The notes under the pieces are model-generated. The model ran no database searches. It saw only the letters and a program-made list of their open reading frames with translations, and was not told where the DNA came from. A stretch of DNA of 64,000 bases from an uncultured Planctomycetales bacterium. GTDB taxonomy: Bacteria > Planctomycetota > Phycisphaerae > UBA1845 > PWPN01. Both the position numbers and the translations under genes were made by a program. Within the stretch, counting starts at the first letter, position 1; the number at the start of each line of letters is the position of its first letter. Shown one piece after another: positions 8,763 to 18,676 of this stretch. The stretch is taken from positions 6,222 to 70,221 of the forward strand of contig CAYNYK010000003.1 of the NCBI GenBank assembly GCA_964401335.1, given 5' to 3'.

Positions 8763-11700
8763 TCATGGTGTTCCGGTGGCCTGGCCGGGAGTGCTCGGTG
8801 CCGGACTTTCGGTCAACAACACGGAGGGGTAAGCATCATAATCAAACCAGAAATAACGGCGCAGCGGATCCTTGAGTTCGGCCTGCGGGGCCAGGATCAT
8901 ACTGATCCGCAGGTCCACCAATTCTCCCAGGCGGGCACCATGATGCGGCGGCAAGCCGGCGGAATTCCAGCGACGTTTCCACATCAAAGCAAGCTTCTGA
9001 ATCTCCGCCACATAGGCCGCCCCCACCGTCATTGCCCCCGGCGGCGTGTCACGGGTGATTCCCGCCGCCGCGATCAACATCACTAAAGCGTTACGCTTGG
9101 CGATCAACTCGGCCAGTGCTTGCTTGTTGTCCACGGCCCCGGAGTTTCTGCCGGCCAGACGCTTGACCTGATCCTGGTAGACCCGGGCAGCATGGATGTA
9201 GGCCTCGCGGGCGTGATGCCATTGGCCCCGATCCAGCCAGTACCATGCCAGGATAAAAAGATATTCCCCGGCATGCGGGTCAGCCATCCGCTTTTCCGCG
9301 GAGAGGGTTGACCATTTTTGCATGGCCGCGAAAGTTTCCTTGGTGATCAGGACGGCCACGTCGCCGTCCAATCCTTTGTCATGGTCATACTTTTGGACCG
9401 GAACCAGATTGACCGCTACCCGGCGGGCCACCGATTCCTCCGATTGTCGGGAGCGCCAGAGCAGGCCGCTGGCCTTGCCGGCCAGGCCTCCCTTGAGTTC
9501 AAGCCAGGAGTTGAGAGACAATCCCTCGCTAAACACCTCGTCCAGTACCGTAAACAGATACCGATTCTGCTTTTCCTCCTCCTCTTGTTGCCGGTCTTCC
9601 TCCTCGGTGGAAGTTGTCGTCGTTCCCGACTTGCGGACCGCGCCGGTCTGAAGGACCGTCTTGACGCCCCGGTCCACTTTCGGGCCGTTCTTCGCCTTGA
9701 ACGCTTCACTGATAAAGGCGGGGGGGTCTTCCTGTCGGCCGACCCTTTGTTGAATTGTCTGGATCGACAGCTTCAATTCCTGCTGAGTCTGGGTCAACTG
9801 GGCCGGCGGGGAAAACCCGTAGCTTTGCGCGTACGCGATAGCTTCCTCGATCACCGGCAAGGTGTAGAGTTCAAATCGGTCCACCATCCCTCGACGCAGG
9901 AAGTGGGCCGATTCCTTCAGGTTCACCTGGTCCAAGAGCGTGGCCAATTCATTTTCGATGAAATTGCTTTCTTGCAGGGACAGGATATAGGTGCTCAATT
10001 GGCTGGCAAACTGGTCAATCCGCTCCTTGTTGGGTACCTCGATAAAGAAGCTGTCCTCCAAGGCGTTCTCCGTACCCAACTGATCCAGCAAATCCCGATA
10101 ATTCAACATCGCCCGGTGATAGCGGCCCTGGCTTAATTCATGTTGGGCCTGCCGACGAAGCAGAGTTCGCCATTGACTCATATCGCCCGCTTCTCGTCGA
10201 TAATCCAGATCACTTTTGGGTACGGGCTGGTCTTGAGCGAACGGTTGACCGGGAATCACCGGAGGCGGAACCGGACGATTCATCGTTCCTCCCTGGATCC
10301 CCAGCAGGCTGCCCAGTTCGCCTTTTTGCAGACCGAATCGTTCGCTAAACATCTCGTACACCTTGAAAACGGGTACGCACGGACGCAGAAAGTAGGCCCG
10401 GGGCATAAAGACCCCCGCGATATTGTTGGCCATGTCCGTATAATCCTGGACGGAGTACCGCACGTCCGGATCATCAAGAATCCGCCCCGTGCGACCGTCG
10501 ATTATGACATACTCGCCAAAACCGGTGGTCCCCGCTTGGCCGTAGGTCGGGGTCGGCCGCGCCGTGCCCGAAGTCTGCGCGTTTTGTATCGCATCGGCAT
10601 TCAGAATGTAATTACCACGTCCCTCAATCAGGTAACGACCCGGCAAATTCATCGCCGCCAGACTATCGGCGGCCTGTAAGACGCGCGATTCCAGCACTTT
10701 TTCGCGTCCGGAAACGTTTTTCGTCTCCTCCAGTGCTTCAATCAATTTCTGCAAACGCGGATCCTCGTTGGTTCCGGTGGTGGTCTTCTTGTCCAACAGG
10801 TTGCGCAAGATGGGAATCGGCAGATAAGCCGGGGCAAAGGAATGCACCAGGATAACCGCCCCATCGTCCGTCTTGAATGATTGGGTAGGCTCATCGAAAT
10901 ACATGCGCGATCCGGTGCTTAACTCCAAATAAGACCGCGCCTCGTCATAGAAAAAATAGGGCTTATACGTGGTTGGATCACACAGAATAAGACACAAGCC
11001 CTGAATGGTCAGTTGTATATCCTGCGCGCCGCGTGCTTCCTGGGTACCACCGGGACCAGCGGTACTCTGGGTAAAGGAGGTCAGGTTTGGGACGATCTGT
11101 CGATCGGAAATGGATAACTGTATCTGTTCCTCGGTGACGGAACCCTGGCCGCCGGTGTCGGTGCGCGAACGAGAGCGGTCGGTCCGACTCTCCCGCAACT
11201 TGCCCAGGCGGGCCAACCGCGTCAACTCTTTTTTCAGGACCTGCTGACTCCTTAGTCCGAGGCGGTCCTTAATCAGTAAAAGATCATTAAAACTAAGGTT
11301 CTCGACGCCGTATAAGGAGACATCGTCGCATTCCGTCCAGAGCGGTTCGCTGGTATCAAGTTGCGTAAGCAGGCTGCTGAAGCGCTCCTGAAGCGTCGGT
11401 TCCTTTCGAGTCTGTTCGGGACCGGAGGGCGTGGATCGGCCGGCCACCGGCTTGGGCGTCGGCACAGTGCCCGTCGCCCCGGCCAAAAGATCACTTTTGG
11501 CCGCCGATGTATCCCGCAGAACGTAAAGCGAATATTTCCGCCAAACAATTCTACGGCCTCGAAGCTCGGGGGATAGCAGGGCCCAGCCGGGCCTTCCGCG
11601 ACGATCGTAGTCCTCGATATAGATTCCTTCCGGCAACAGCACGAAACGGGCGCCCCGCGAGTCAATGCCTTCGAGGCGCTCACCGGCCAGAAAGGTCTGG

Positions 11701-12524
11701 GTATACAATACGTCCTGCAACACGAACGCCATGCTCTCGGCTTTAAGCAATTCGACCGGCGCGTGCCAAGGCATGATCGGCGGAAGCTCGACCGCTTGTC
11801 CCTGCGGGGCCCCCGGCATTCCCGGCGGCGGAGACGGCGGACGATACCCGCCTGACGCCGTGCTTTCATCCAGTCCGGCGTTGGTGAAATCGTACGAGAG
11901 ATTGAGCAGACGCTGGTTTCGATTGGTCAGCGAGGACCGCACCTCCGCCCGGGTAAAGGCCTCCCGCGGCTCCGGACGTTCCAGATAAGCCAATACCACC
12001 TGCGCCTCGACCTGGCATGGATCGCGATCCACCGTTTCGATCAGCGTTTTTTTCAGGTCATCGAACGGTGCGATCGGCTCCTCCTGGATGACCATCGAGG
12101 CCATCGCCGCCTCGACCATCTTCATGACCAGATCGCCGTAGGCCGGCGCGCCGGCTTTGGCCTTGGCGAATCTCAACCAACGTTCCTTGCATAGGTCGTA
12201 GGCCTTTTTATATTGCAGATTCTGAATCAGGATCTCGGCCTGCTGGTAAGCCTTGTAGTCCTCGATCCAGGATTTCTCATCCTGGGTCAGCCCCGCCGCT
12301 CCGCCGGCGGCCATAGCCAATATGCCGTTGCGGTGGTTGCGTAAGGCCTCCACTTTGTCAAACTGCAACAGCTGCCGGGCCTCTTCTGCGCTCTTGTGAA
12401 TTGCCGCCATTTGATCGGTCAGCGGGCCACTGTAAGCAACCTGTATCGGGGCAAGCACCAGAAAATACATACCCGTCAAAACAAGCGCAATCCGCAAAGC
12501 CTTGGCTGGACGAAAGTGCATCAC
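8763..12524 (-). CDS. Large (1253 aa) membrane-anchored or secreted protein of unknown function
   Basis: An uninterrupted ORF with an N-terminal hydrophobic helix (ALRIALVLTGMYFLVLAPIQVAY). It also has a Pro-rich segment (GGYRPPSPPPGMPGAPQG) and a Thr/Glu-rich segment (TTTTSTEEEDRQQEEEEKQ). I recognise no catalytic motif. Confidence 0.8.
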   Translation of the reverse strand: MMHFRPAKALRIALVLTGMYFLVLAPIQVAYSGPLTDQMAAIHKSAEEARQLLQFDKVEALRNHRNGILAMAAGGAAGLTQDEKSWIEDYKAYQQAEILIQNLQYKKAYDLCKERWLRFAKAKAGAPAYGDLVMKMVEAAMASMVIQEEPIAPFDDLKKTLIETVDRDPCQVEAQVVLAYLERPEPREAFTRAEVRSSLTNRNQRLLNLSYDFTNAGLDESTASGGYRPPSPPPGMPGAPQGQAVELPPIMPWHAPVELLKAESMAFVLQDVLYTQTFLAGERLEGIDSRGARFVLLPEGIYIEDYDRRGRPGWALLSPELRGRRIVWRKYSLYVLRDTSAAKSDLLAGATGTVPTPKPVAGRSTPSGPEQTRKEPTLQERFSSLLTQLDTSEPLWTECDDVSLYGVENLSFNDLLLIKDRLGLRSQQVLKKELTRLARLGKLRESRTDRSRSRTDTGGQGSVTEEQIQLSISDRQIVPNLTSFTQSTAGPGGTQEARGAQDIQLTIQGLCLILCDPTTYKPYFFYDEARSYLELSTGSRMYFDEPTQSFKTDDGAVILVHSFAPAYLPIPILRNLLDKKTTTGTNEDPRLQKLIEALEETKNVSGREKVLESRVLQAADSLAAMNLPGRYLIEGRGNYILNADAIQNAQTSGTARPTPTYGQAGTTGFGEYVIIDGRTGRILDDPDVRYSVQDYTDMANNIAGVFMPRAYFLRPCVPVFKVYEMFSERFGLQKGELGSLLGIQGGTMNRPVPPPVIPGQPFAQDQPVPKSDLDYRREAGDMSQWRTLLRRQAQHELSQGRYHRAMLNYRDLLDQLGTENALEDSFFIEVPNKERIDQFASQLSTYILSLQESNFIENELATLLDQVNLKESAHFLRRGMVDRFELYTLPVIEEAIAYAQSYGFSPPAQLTQTQQELKLSIQTIQQRVGRQEDPPAFISEAFKAKNGPKVDRGVKTVLQTGAVRKSGTTTTSTEEEDRQQEEEEKQNRYLFTVLDEVFSEGLSLNSWLELKGGLAGKASGLLWRSRQSEESVARRVAVNLVPVQKYDHDKGLDGDVAVLITKETFAAMQKWSTLSAEKRMADPHAGEYLFILAWYWLDRGQWHHAREAYIHAARVYQDQVKRLAGRNSGAVDNKQALAELIAKRNALVMLIAAAGITRDTPPGAMTVGAAYVAEIQKLALMWKRRWNSAGLPPHHGARLGELVDLRISMILAPQAELKDPLRRYFWFDYDAYPSVLLTESPAPSTPGQATGTP

Positions 12525-13039
12525 CGCAAACCTCCCATTTTGGTAGTACTGTGCCGACCCGCGTTACCACTGGACCTGCCGGGCGACCCTCCTCAGAAAC
12601 CCCCTCTGCGCGCAGTCCACGGAAACCGGGCGGACATCAGGCGGAACCCCGGGCAGTGTTGCATCCTGCATATCCAATATGACCTTACGGGCTTATCCTG
12701 TCAATCCGGAGACAACACACGCAGCGGCCGGCAGATTAAACCATTATGGCTATAATTACTAATCCAGTTTAACCGACATAATGAGAAGGCCCGCTTAAAC
12801 CCCGCCATTCCGACCCTGCTTCGAGGTGTCCCCGACAGACCATACGCCGTGCCTTTTCCTGCAAGACTGCCCGACCGGTTCGCCGGGTTCTTGTCAATGC
12901 TTTTTTCGTGCGTCACGACTTGATAAGAGGAACCCAATAGACTATTCACCTCATATTCGTGCTTGCCCGGCGCCTTTATGGCATAGCTCGCCGCTTATAA
13001 AAACGTGGTTGGTATTTTGAAATGATCAGGAGTGACTCC

Positions 13040-14449
13040 ATGCTCACCATTGTGCCTATTCGAATACCTCGCGTAATTATCCCCGCGGGTTTGATTCTGC
13101 TTTCGGTCGCAGACGGCTGGTCCGCCGCCGCGGAAAACCGACCGCCGAATATTGTCTTTATCCTGGCCGATGACCTGGGTTATGCCGACGTGGGCTGTTA
13201 CGGCCAGAAGCAGATCAAGACCCCGCATATCGACGCCCTGGCCGCCGAGGGCATGCGTTTCACCCAGGCCTATGCCGGCTCTTCCATCTGCGCGCCTTCC
13301 CGTGGCGTTCTCATGACCGGTCAACACACGGGGCACGCCACGGTGCGCGGCAACATCTGCGTGCGCGGCGGAACCGTCGGATACAAAGGAGACCAGCTCA
13401 TCCGCCGTATGCATCTGACGGAAAAGGATGTCACCGTCGCTCAGGTGCTGCGGCCGGCCGGCTACCGTACCGGTCTCGTGGGCAAATGGCACCTGGACGG
13501 CTATCATCCCGAAGCCGGTCCACTCGAACGAGGGTTCGATGAGTTTTACGGTTGGCTGACTCAGAACATGGCGACCCAAATCCCGAGTTACTTCCCGGCG
13601 AAACGCTACCGCAATCGTGAACTGTATGACGTGGAAGGGAATCAGAACGGGCAACGGGGGACATACGAAACGGATATGTGTACCCAGGAAGCCATAACCT
13701 TCATCAAGTCGAACAAAACAAAACCCTTCTTTCTTTACCTTGCATATACCAACCCCCACAGCCCACTCATCGTACCCAGCCTCGGTCGCTATGCAGATGA
13801 AACTTGGAACGAAGACAACAAAACCTATGCGGCCATGGTGACCAACCTCGACGAAGGCATCGGCCAGGTGATGCAGACGCTTAAGGACGAAGGCCTGGAC
13901 AAGGATACCGTTGTTTTCTTCTGCTCCGACAATGGTCCCCGTTCGAGCGACAGCCGGCGCTATCAGGACGTGGCGGAGTTTTTTGATTCCAACGGACCGT
14001 TACGCGGTTACAAAATGGATTTCTACGAAGGAGGCATCCGCGTGCCGGCCATCGTTCGCTGGCCGGGTAAGGTTGCGGCGGGCGTTACCAGTGACGCGGT
14101 ATGGTATTTCGCCGATTTCCTGCCGACCACTGCGGAAATCGCCGGGGCGAAAACGCCCGATGCCATTGACGGCATCAGTATCCTTCCGACGCTGCTCGGC
14201 AAACCGCAGGAGACGGCCGATCGCTTTCTATACTGGGAACTTCTGGAAAAGAAGTTTGAGCAGGCCGTACGCTGGCGCAATTGGAAGGCCGTCCGCTACG
14301 ATATGGAAAAGACCTTTGAACTCTACGACCTGGCGACCGATGTGGGCGAACAGCACGACGTGGCGGCGAACCATCCGGAAGTGGTCGCCCACATTGATGA
14401 ATACCTGAAAACCGCGCGCGCCGAATCTTTTGAATATCCCCTGGATTGA
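13040..14449 (+). CDS. Sulfatase (formylglycine type), secreted
   Basis: AGGAG lies 7 nt before ATG 13040 (alternative ATG at 13022). A signal peptide is followed by NIVFILADDLGYADVGCYG and the FGly motif ICAPSRGVLMTG. Confidence 0.9.
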   Translation: MLTIVPIRIPRVIIPAGLILLSVADGWSAAAENRPPNIVFILADDLGYADVGCYGQKQIKTPHIDALAAEGMRFTQAYAGSSICAPSRGVLMTGQHTGHATVRGNICVRGGTVGYKGDQLIRRMHLTEKDVTVAQVLRPAGYRTGLVGKWHLDGYHPEAGPLERGFDEFYGWLTQNMATQIPSYFPAKRYRNRELYDVEGNQNGQRGTYETDMCTQEAITFIKSNKTKPFFLYLAYTNPHSPLIVPSLGRYADETWNEDNKTYAAMVTNLDEGIGQVMQTLKDEGLDKDTVVFFCSDNGPRSSDSRRYQDVAEFFDSNGPLRGYKMDFYEGGIRVPAIVRWPGKVAAGVTSDAVWYFADFLPTTAEIAGAKTPDAIDGISILPTLLGKPQETADRFLYWELLEKKFEQAVRWRNWKAVRYDMEKTFELYDLATDVGEQHDVAANHPEVVAHIDEYLKTARAESFEYPLD

Positions 14450-14471
14450 CGCGGTAACGACCGACCCGATT

Positions 14472-14538
14472 GGGTGGCATGGGCAGGCTCTTGTCACGCA
14501 TCAGCGGGACAAGAGTTTGCCCGTGCTTTCCCGTCCAC
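14472..14538 (+). repeat. Miniature copy (A) of the structured repeat family
   Basis: GGGTGGCATGGGCAGGCTCTTGTC...GACAAGAGTTTGCCCGTGCTTTCCCGTCCAC. It shares the core with the copies at 50.6 kb and 52.1 kb and starts 22 nt after the sulfatase stop. Confidence 0.8.
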
Positions 14539-14666
14539 GGAATGAACTATGGCAATCACCCGACAACCCCGTATTTGCGCGTCCCGCTCTTTACCGAATG
14601 CATCCATCATAGATATGTTTATGTTTTATATCGGCATAGAAAGACAGCATCGCCGCTCGGGCACCA

Positions 14667-16730
14667 TCAATCTCTCGTCACCGTCCAGCCCTCGGCAACC
14701 TTGATTGCAATGACCTCCGCATCGGGTGTGTGGTCCTTGATCGTGATTTGTTTACCCTGGACGGTTATATCCAGCACTTTCTTATGCAGATGGATCCGGG
14801 TTATGGTCAACGCGGGCCAATCGCTTGGCAGGCGCGGCGAAATCTCGCATCCTTCGACCGTCGGCTTGAATCCGAGGAACCCGTAGAGCATGACCTGTGG
14901 AACGAGGATCGACTCGAAGAATTCCTTGTCCAGCCCCAGTCCGCCCGCCACGTTGCCGCCCTGCATGGTGCCCTTGCTCGGGTCGCTGTAATAGGCACGG
15001 TACCCGCCGGCGGCCTGGGTTTCATCAAACCAGACGCAGATTTCCTTCAATCGACCGGCCGCGTCGTCCGGCCCGTCCACCATCAGGCGGGCCATCAGAT
15101 CATGATACGACCAGCCGAGCACACCGCCGCCGTCCTGCACCTGATAGCCCCAGGGAATAGTTTCCGGATTCGACCAACCCCAAACATAGTAATCAAGGTT
15201 ACGGAGCGTCGAAGATCGCGGACCGAATCGCCAATGATAAATATCGGCACCCTGAGAGGTATCGCCTTCAACAGTCCGCCGGCCGCTGATCCAATCGCGA
15301 ATAGACCGGGCCTGTTCGGGGGTAGCAAAATCGTAGTAAATCGCCTCGTTGTTGAGGAAGGTCCAGCCGAAATCATACAGGCGTCCGTCAAGATCGACCG
15401 TACCGAATCGCCCCGTCTGCTTGTTCCAGAATCGGCTTGTGCCGTAATCCTTGACCTCGCGCGCATGGCGACGCAGGTCGGTCGAATCAAAGGCGTCGGC
15501 CCCGGTGGTAATCGCCCAACGCGGATGGGCCGCGATCTGTTCTTCCAGTTCCGCCAGGTCCAGCAGGGCATCGTAATAGTAAATGGTTGCCAGAGCGTCT
15601 TCGCCGCCGAAGGGGAGCAGATCCCAATAGTTATTGCCGATACCTTCGCCGCGAATGATCACCTTTTTACCGTCCACATAACGAACGCCGCTACGGCCTT
15701 CATGCCCCGGCCAGGTGGTATACACACACTTGCGGTTCCGTGTGTCGAACTCATGCATCATGAACCGCATGGCCGCCCGCATCCGCCCGATCTGTTGACG
15801 AAGGAATGCGATATCCTTCGACCACATGAAATAGTCATGGCCGCCGCGAATGAAGTTGATGTTATTGATATTGTGGCGTGTATCAGAGGCGGTGTGGAAC
15901 GACTTGATGACCAACCTGGCCGGACCCGGATTGTCCAATACGAGCCGCAGGCCGGTAATGGTTCCCTTCCATTCCGGTAGACGATACACCGGAATCATCG
16001 TACGGGTTTCAGCGGCGGCCGCCCCGCCGATCGCGGGTGAGAAATACATCCGGCGTTGTGGGCTGAATTCCGCTTGGTCTGTGGTAATCCACTCCACGTA
16101 GCAGTTAGCACCCTCTAGGCCGTCGGCCCACCAGTTGAGCCGCAGCCAGGGGGCGATCCGGGCGTCGATGGAAAAAGGCGGGGTTTGTGTCATCGCCCGC
16201 GGCTCGGTCAGATCGACGACCCATCCCTGCTCGTTTACCTCGCCGCTCTTTGCGCCGGTCAGCGTCCAACCGTCGGGTGTGGCCGGGGGGGCGTCATAAC
16301 CTTGCACTCCGGTCCCCCGAAAATGCCAGCCGATCCCGCCGGCCTGAACCCAGACAGGGAAAGGCCAGCCCTCCGCGTGGGCCGGGCCGTCGTGCTGATG
16401 GGTGTGCATATAGCCTTCGCGGTTCATGACCCGGCCGGTCAGGGCCTTGGCCCAGCGAATGCGCATCGACTCCAACTCGCGTCCGCTGCCCCGTGCCGGC
16501 CACAGCGTCGACATCGGCATCCATTCATCCCACAGAGGGATCAGCGGGCCCGCCGGCTTATAATGCAGCCAGAACAACCGCCGCAGGCTCTCCATTTCCC
16601 CCTCATGGCCCGGAACCACGAAGCATGGAAAATCGTCGGGGACCGACGTGACGGTCTGCCCTACCGACATGGACAGGGGGTTGATCAAAACCGTAAGAGC
16701 CGCGGGCAAAAGGTTTCGCGAAAACATCAT
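14667..16730 (-). CDS. Secreted putative glycoside hydrolase, family not assignable by eye
   Basis: GAGG RBS before ATGATG 16730 and a signal peptide MMFSRNLLPAALTVLINPL. The 687-aa body has Trp/Tyr-rich sugar-enzyme-like composition (NYWDLLPFGGEDALATIYYYDALLDLAELEE). The function call is tentative. Confidence 0.55.
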   Translation of the reverse strand: MMFSRNLLPAALTVLINPLSMSVGQTVTSVPDDFPCFVVPGHEGEMESLRRLFWLHYKPAGPLIPLWDEWMPMSTLWPARGSGRELESMRIRWAKALTGRVMNREGYMHTHQHDGPAHAEGWPFPVWVQAGGIGWHFRGTGVQGYDAPPATPDGWTLTGAKSGEVNEQGWVVDLTEPRAMTQTPPFSIDARIAPWLRLNWWADGLEGANCYVEWITTDQAEFSPQRRMYFSPAIGGAAAAETRTMIPVYRLPEWKGTITGLRLVLDNPGPARLVIKSFHTASDTRHNINNINFIRGGHDYFMWSKDIAFLRQQIGRMRAAMRFMMHEFDTRNRKCVYTTWPGHEGRSGVRYVDGKKVIIRGEGIGNNYWDLLPFGGEDALATIYYYDALLDLAELEEQIAAHPRWAITTGADAFDSTDLRRHAREVKDYGTSRFWNKQTGRFGTVDLDGRLYDFGWTFLNNEAIYYDFATPEQARSIRDWISGRRTVEGDTSQGADIYHWRFGPRSSTLRNLDYYVWGWSNPETIPWGYQVQDGGGVLGWSYHDLMARLMVDGPDDAAGRLKEICVWFDETQAAGGYRAYYSDPSKGTMQGGNVAGGLGLDKEFFESILVPQVMLYGFLGFKPTVEGCEISPRLPSDWPALTITRIHLHKKVLDITVQGKQITIKDHTPDAEVIAIKVAEGWTVTRD

Positions 16731-16837
16731 AATACCTCGATCAAATCCCCGCCTGGAAAATGCCCAAAGCCGCCCGTGCATTTGATGTTCTAATTCCTTT
16801 TTTCTCTATGCAGCCTCTCAACCGTTAAAGAATACAA

Positions 16838-17518
16838 CTATTCCTCTTTGTCTTGCCAGCACCGCCTGACCCTTCGGAAATACTCAATTCGATTTTCAAT
16901 TTTACCAATTTCCTTCGGATAGAACTCGAGCATAATGTCACAAAGTTGCAACATCCACGCTTTGCGAGAATAGTCGGATTTGACGCTGATGTGGTTTGAA
17001 TTGGCGATTTGAATCTGTCCCCATCCCAACGCTCCAATTGTAAGGCAATCCCAATCAAGATACTCGATGGGAACAAAGGTAACTTCCGAGATTGCGGCAT
17101 GCGTACCCGCGATTTGATACTTAATAAAAAGTAACACGAAATAATTCATGTCATCTTCGTAGAAACGCGCAAGACGTTCAACGGAAGTCAGATTGGGCAT
17201 GTTGAATTTCGTGTCCTCGCGGTGCGTCTTAACATCGATAACGTAGTAGAAGCCATCCCGATCCTTAAATGCAAGGTCGGCCATGGCCCGACGCGCAAAA
17301 TTAGCGGAGTATTCCGCGCAATCCTCGCCAAGGATTGCCTGAAAGTTGTCGCTGAGAATATCTTGTATGGCATCACCAAACGCACGCGGGCTTCGAGCGG
17401 TACTCGGGGAAAGAAAATCCTCATGTCTATTGAGAAAGTCCCCTGTCCGCGTCGCGATGTCTTTGTACTTCGTTGACGCAAATATTCTGCTTTTCATACC
17501 TCTACACCATTGTTTCAA
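16838..17518 (-). CDS. Putative type II restriction endonuclease (PD-(D/E)xK-like)
   Basis: It lies 6 nt downstream of, and co-oriented with, a DNA methyltransferase in an AT-richer block. The candidate catalytic string is DRDGFYYVIDVKTH. I recognise no other family. Confidence 0.55.
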   Translation of the reverse strand: MKQWCRGMKSRIFASTKYKDIATRTGDFLNRHEDFLSPSTARSPRAFGDAIQDILSDNFQAILGEDCAEYSANFARRAMADLAFKDRDGFYYVIDVKTHREDTKFNMPNLTSVERLARFYEDDMNYFVLLFIKYQIAGTHAAISEVTFVPIEYLDWDCLTIGALGWGQIQIANSNHISVKSDYSRKAWMLQLCDIMLEFYPKEIGKIENRIEYFRRVRRCWQDKEE

Positions 17519-17524
17519 GAGGGA

Positions 17525-18526
17525 TCAACCAAACAGGGTCGGTTGCTTCGCCTCGCGAGCCCTGGGCATGCTCTGGTCGTTAATCTGGTCGGCTAAAGTG
17601 TTACGTTCCCAAAAAACGCCGTCGGTGTAACCTTGGATGCTTAAATCGTCGTTGGCCTGTTCCAGCCTTTTCATCGCCAAGCAACAGAATTCTCGATCAA
17701 TTTCAACACCAACGTAATGACGTCCAAGTTTTTTCGCCACCACGGAAGTGGTTCCCGACCCGAGGAAAGGATCGAATACGACGTTATTGACGTTCGAGCT
17801 GGCAAGAATGATTTTGGCCAACAGTTTTTCAGGTTTTTGGGTGGGATGATCCGTATTTTCCGGCATCGACCAAAATGGGACGGTAAGGTCAGTCCATAGG
17901 TTGGAGGGATAGGTGATACGATATTTACCTTCCTCACTTTTTTCCCAATCTTTCGGCTGACCTTTGTCATTGGTATAAGGGGCAAGAACTCGGCGCTTGA
18001 GCTTTACGTCATCCACATTGAACACATAATCGTCGGAGACGGTGGCGAACCAGATATCTTCCGCGTTGTTCTTCCAGTTAGTTTTCGCTCCGCGCCCTTT
18101 CTCCCTTTCCCATGTTATACGATTCCTCACTTTGAAATTACGAAGAAGTACCCGATGTATGGCCGCGGAAGACCGCCAGTCCCCGCAAACATAAATGGAT
18201 CCGGTTGGTTTTAGAAGCCGACGCATTTCCGGTAACCATGTAACGAGCCATGTTTCGTATTCGTCAAGGTCGGCCTGCTTGAATGTATTGCCATTGAAAT
18301 TCTTATTCAGATTATAAGGGGGATCCGCTACGATAAGATCAAAGATGCCGGACGGCAGGCAAGGCATTACCTGCATAACATCTTGACAGATCGTGGAGTC
18401 AATAATATCTGAAAGCGACACCGCGGACTCAATATGCAGCAAATCCCTCGACAAACGTTGTCGTTCCTCATCGGATAAAACCAGAGTCCGATTTCGCTGG
18501 GCACGTGGCTTCTCGGTCATAAGCAT
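17525..18526 (-). CDS. DNA methyltransferase, beta-class N6-adenine/N4-cytosine type
   Basis: Motif IV DPPYNL (LIVADPPYNLNK) precedes motif I FDPFLGSGTT, and HPTQKPEKLL is also present. This order defines the beta group. Confidence 0.9.
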   Translation of the reverse strand: MLMTEKPRAQRNRTLVLSDEERQRLSRDLLHIESAVSLSDIIDSTICQDVMQVMPCLPSGIFDLIVADPPYNLNKNFNGNTFKQADLDEYETWLVTWLPEMRRLLKPTGSIYVCGDWRSSAAIHRVLLRNFKVRNRITWEREKGRGAKTNWKNNAEDIWFATVSDDYVFNVDDVKLKRRVLAPYTNDKGQPKDWEKSEEGKYRITYPSNLWTDLTVPFWSMPENTDHPTQKPEKLLAKIILASSNVNNVVFDPFLGSGTTSVVAKKLGRHYVGVEIDREFCCLAMKRLEQANDDLSIQGYTDGVFWERNTLADQINDQSMPRAREAKQPTLFG

Positions 18527-18527
18527 T

Positions 18528-18577
18528 GTTTATCATTTCTCCCCATTTCGTACAAGGGGCTGTACGAAATGATAAAC
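18528..18577. promoter_or_regulatory. Nested palindrome immediately upstream of the methyltransferase start
   Basis: GTTTATCATTTC...TTTCGTACA-AGGGGC-TGTACGAAATGATAAAC. The right arm is the exact complement of the two left-arm segments. Confidence 0.4.
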
Positions 18578-18676
18578 GAACGGAACGGTACGCCCTCGTA
18601 GGATACTATCGAAACCGTTTTTCCGCTTGACCTCCGCGGGTCGTGGTCATTCCATCAATGCAACTGATCACCTTGG

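Noticed and set aside
8077-8766. A 229-aa minus-strand ORF, plus several shorter ORFs, covering 8.1-8.8 kb
   Set aside because: They lie antisense to, or within, an unmistakable RNase P RNA gene. The translations are Arg/Pro/Gly-rich with no motif, which is a typical high-GC artefact.
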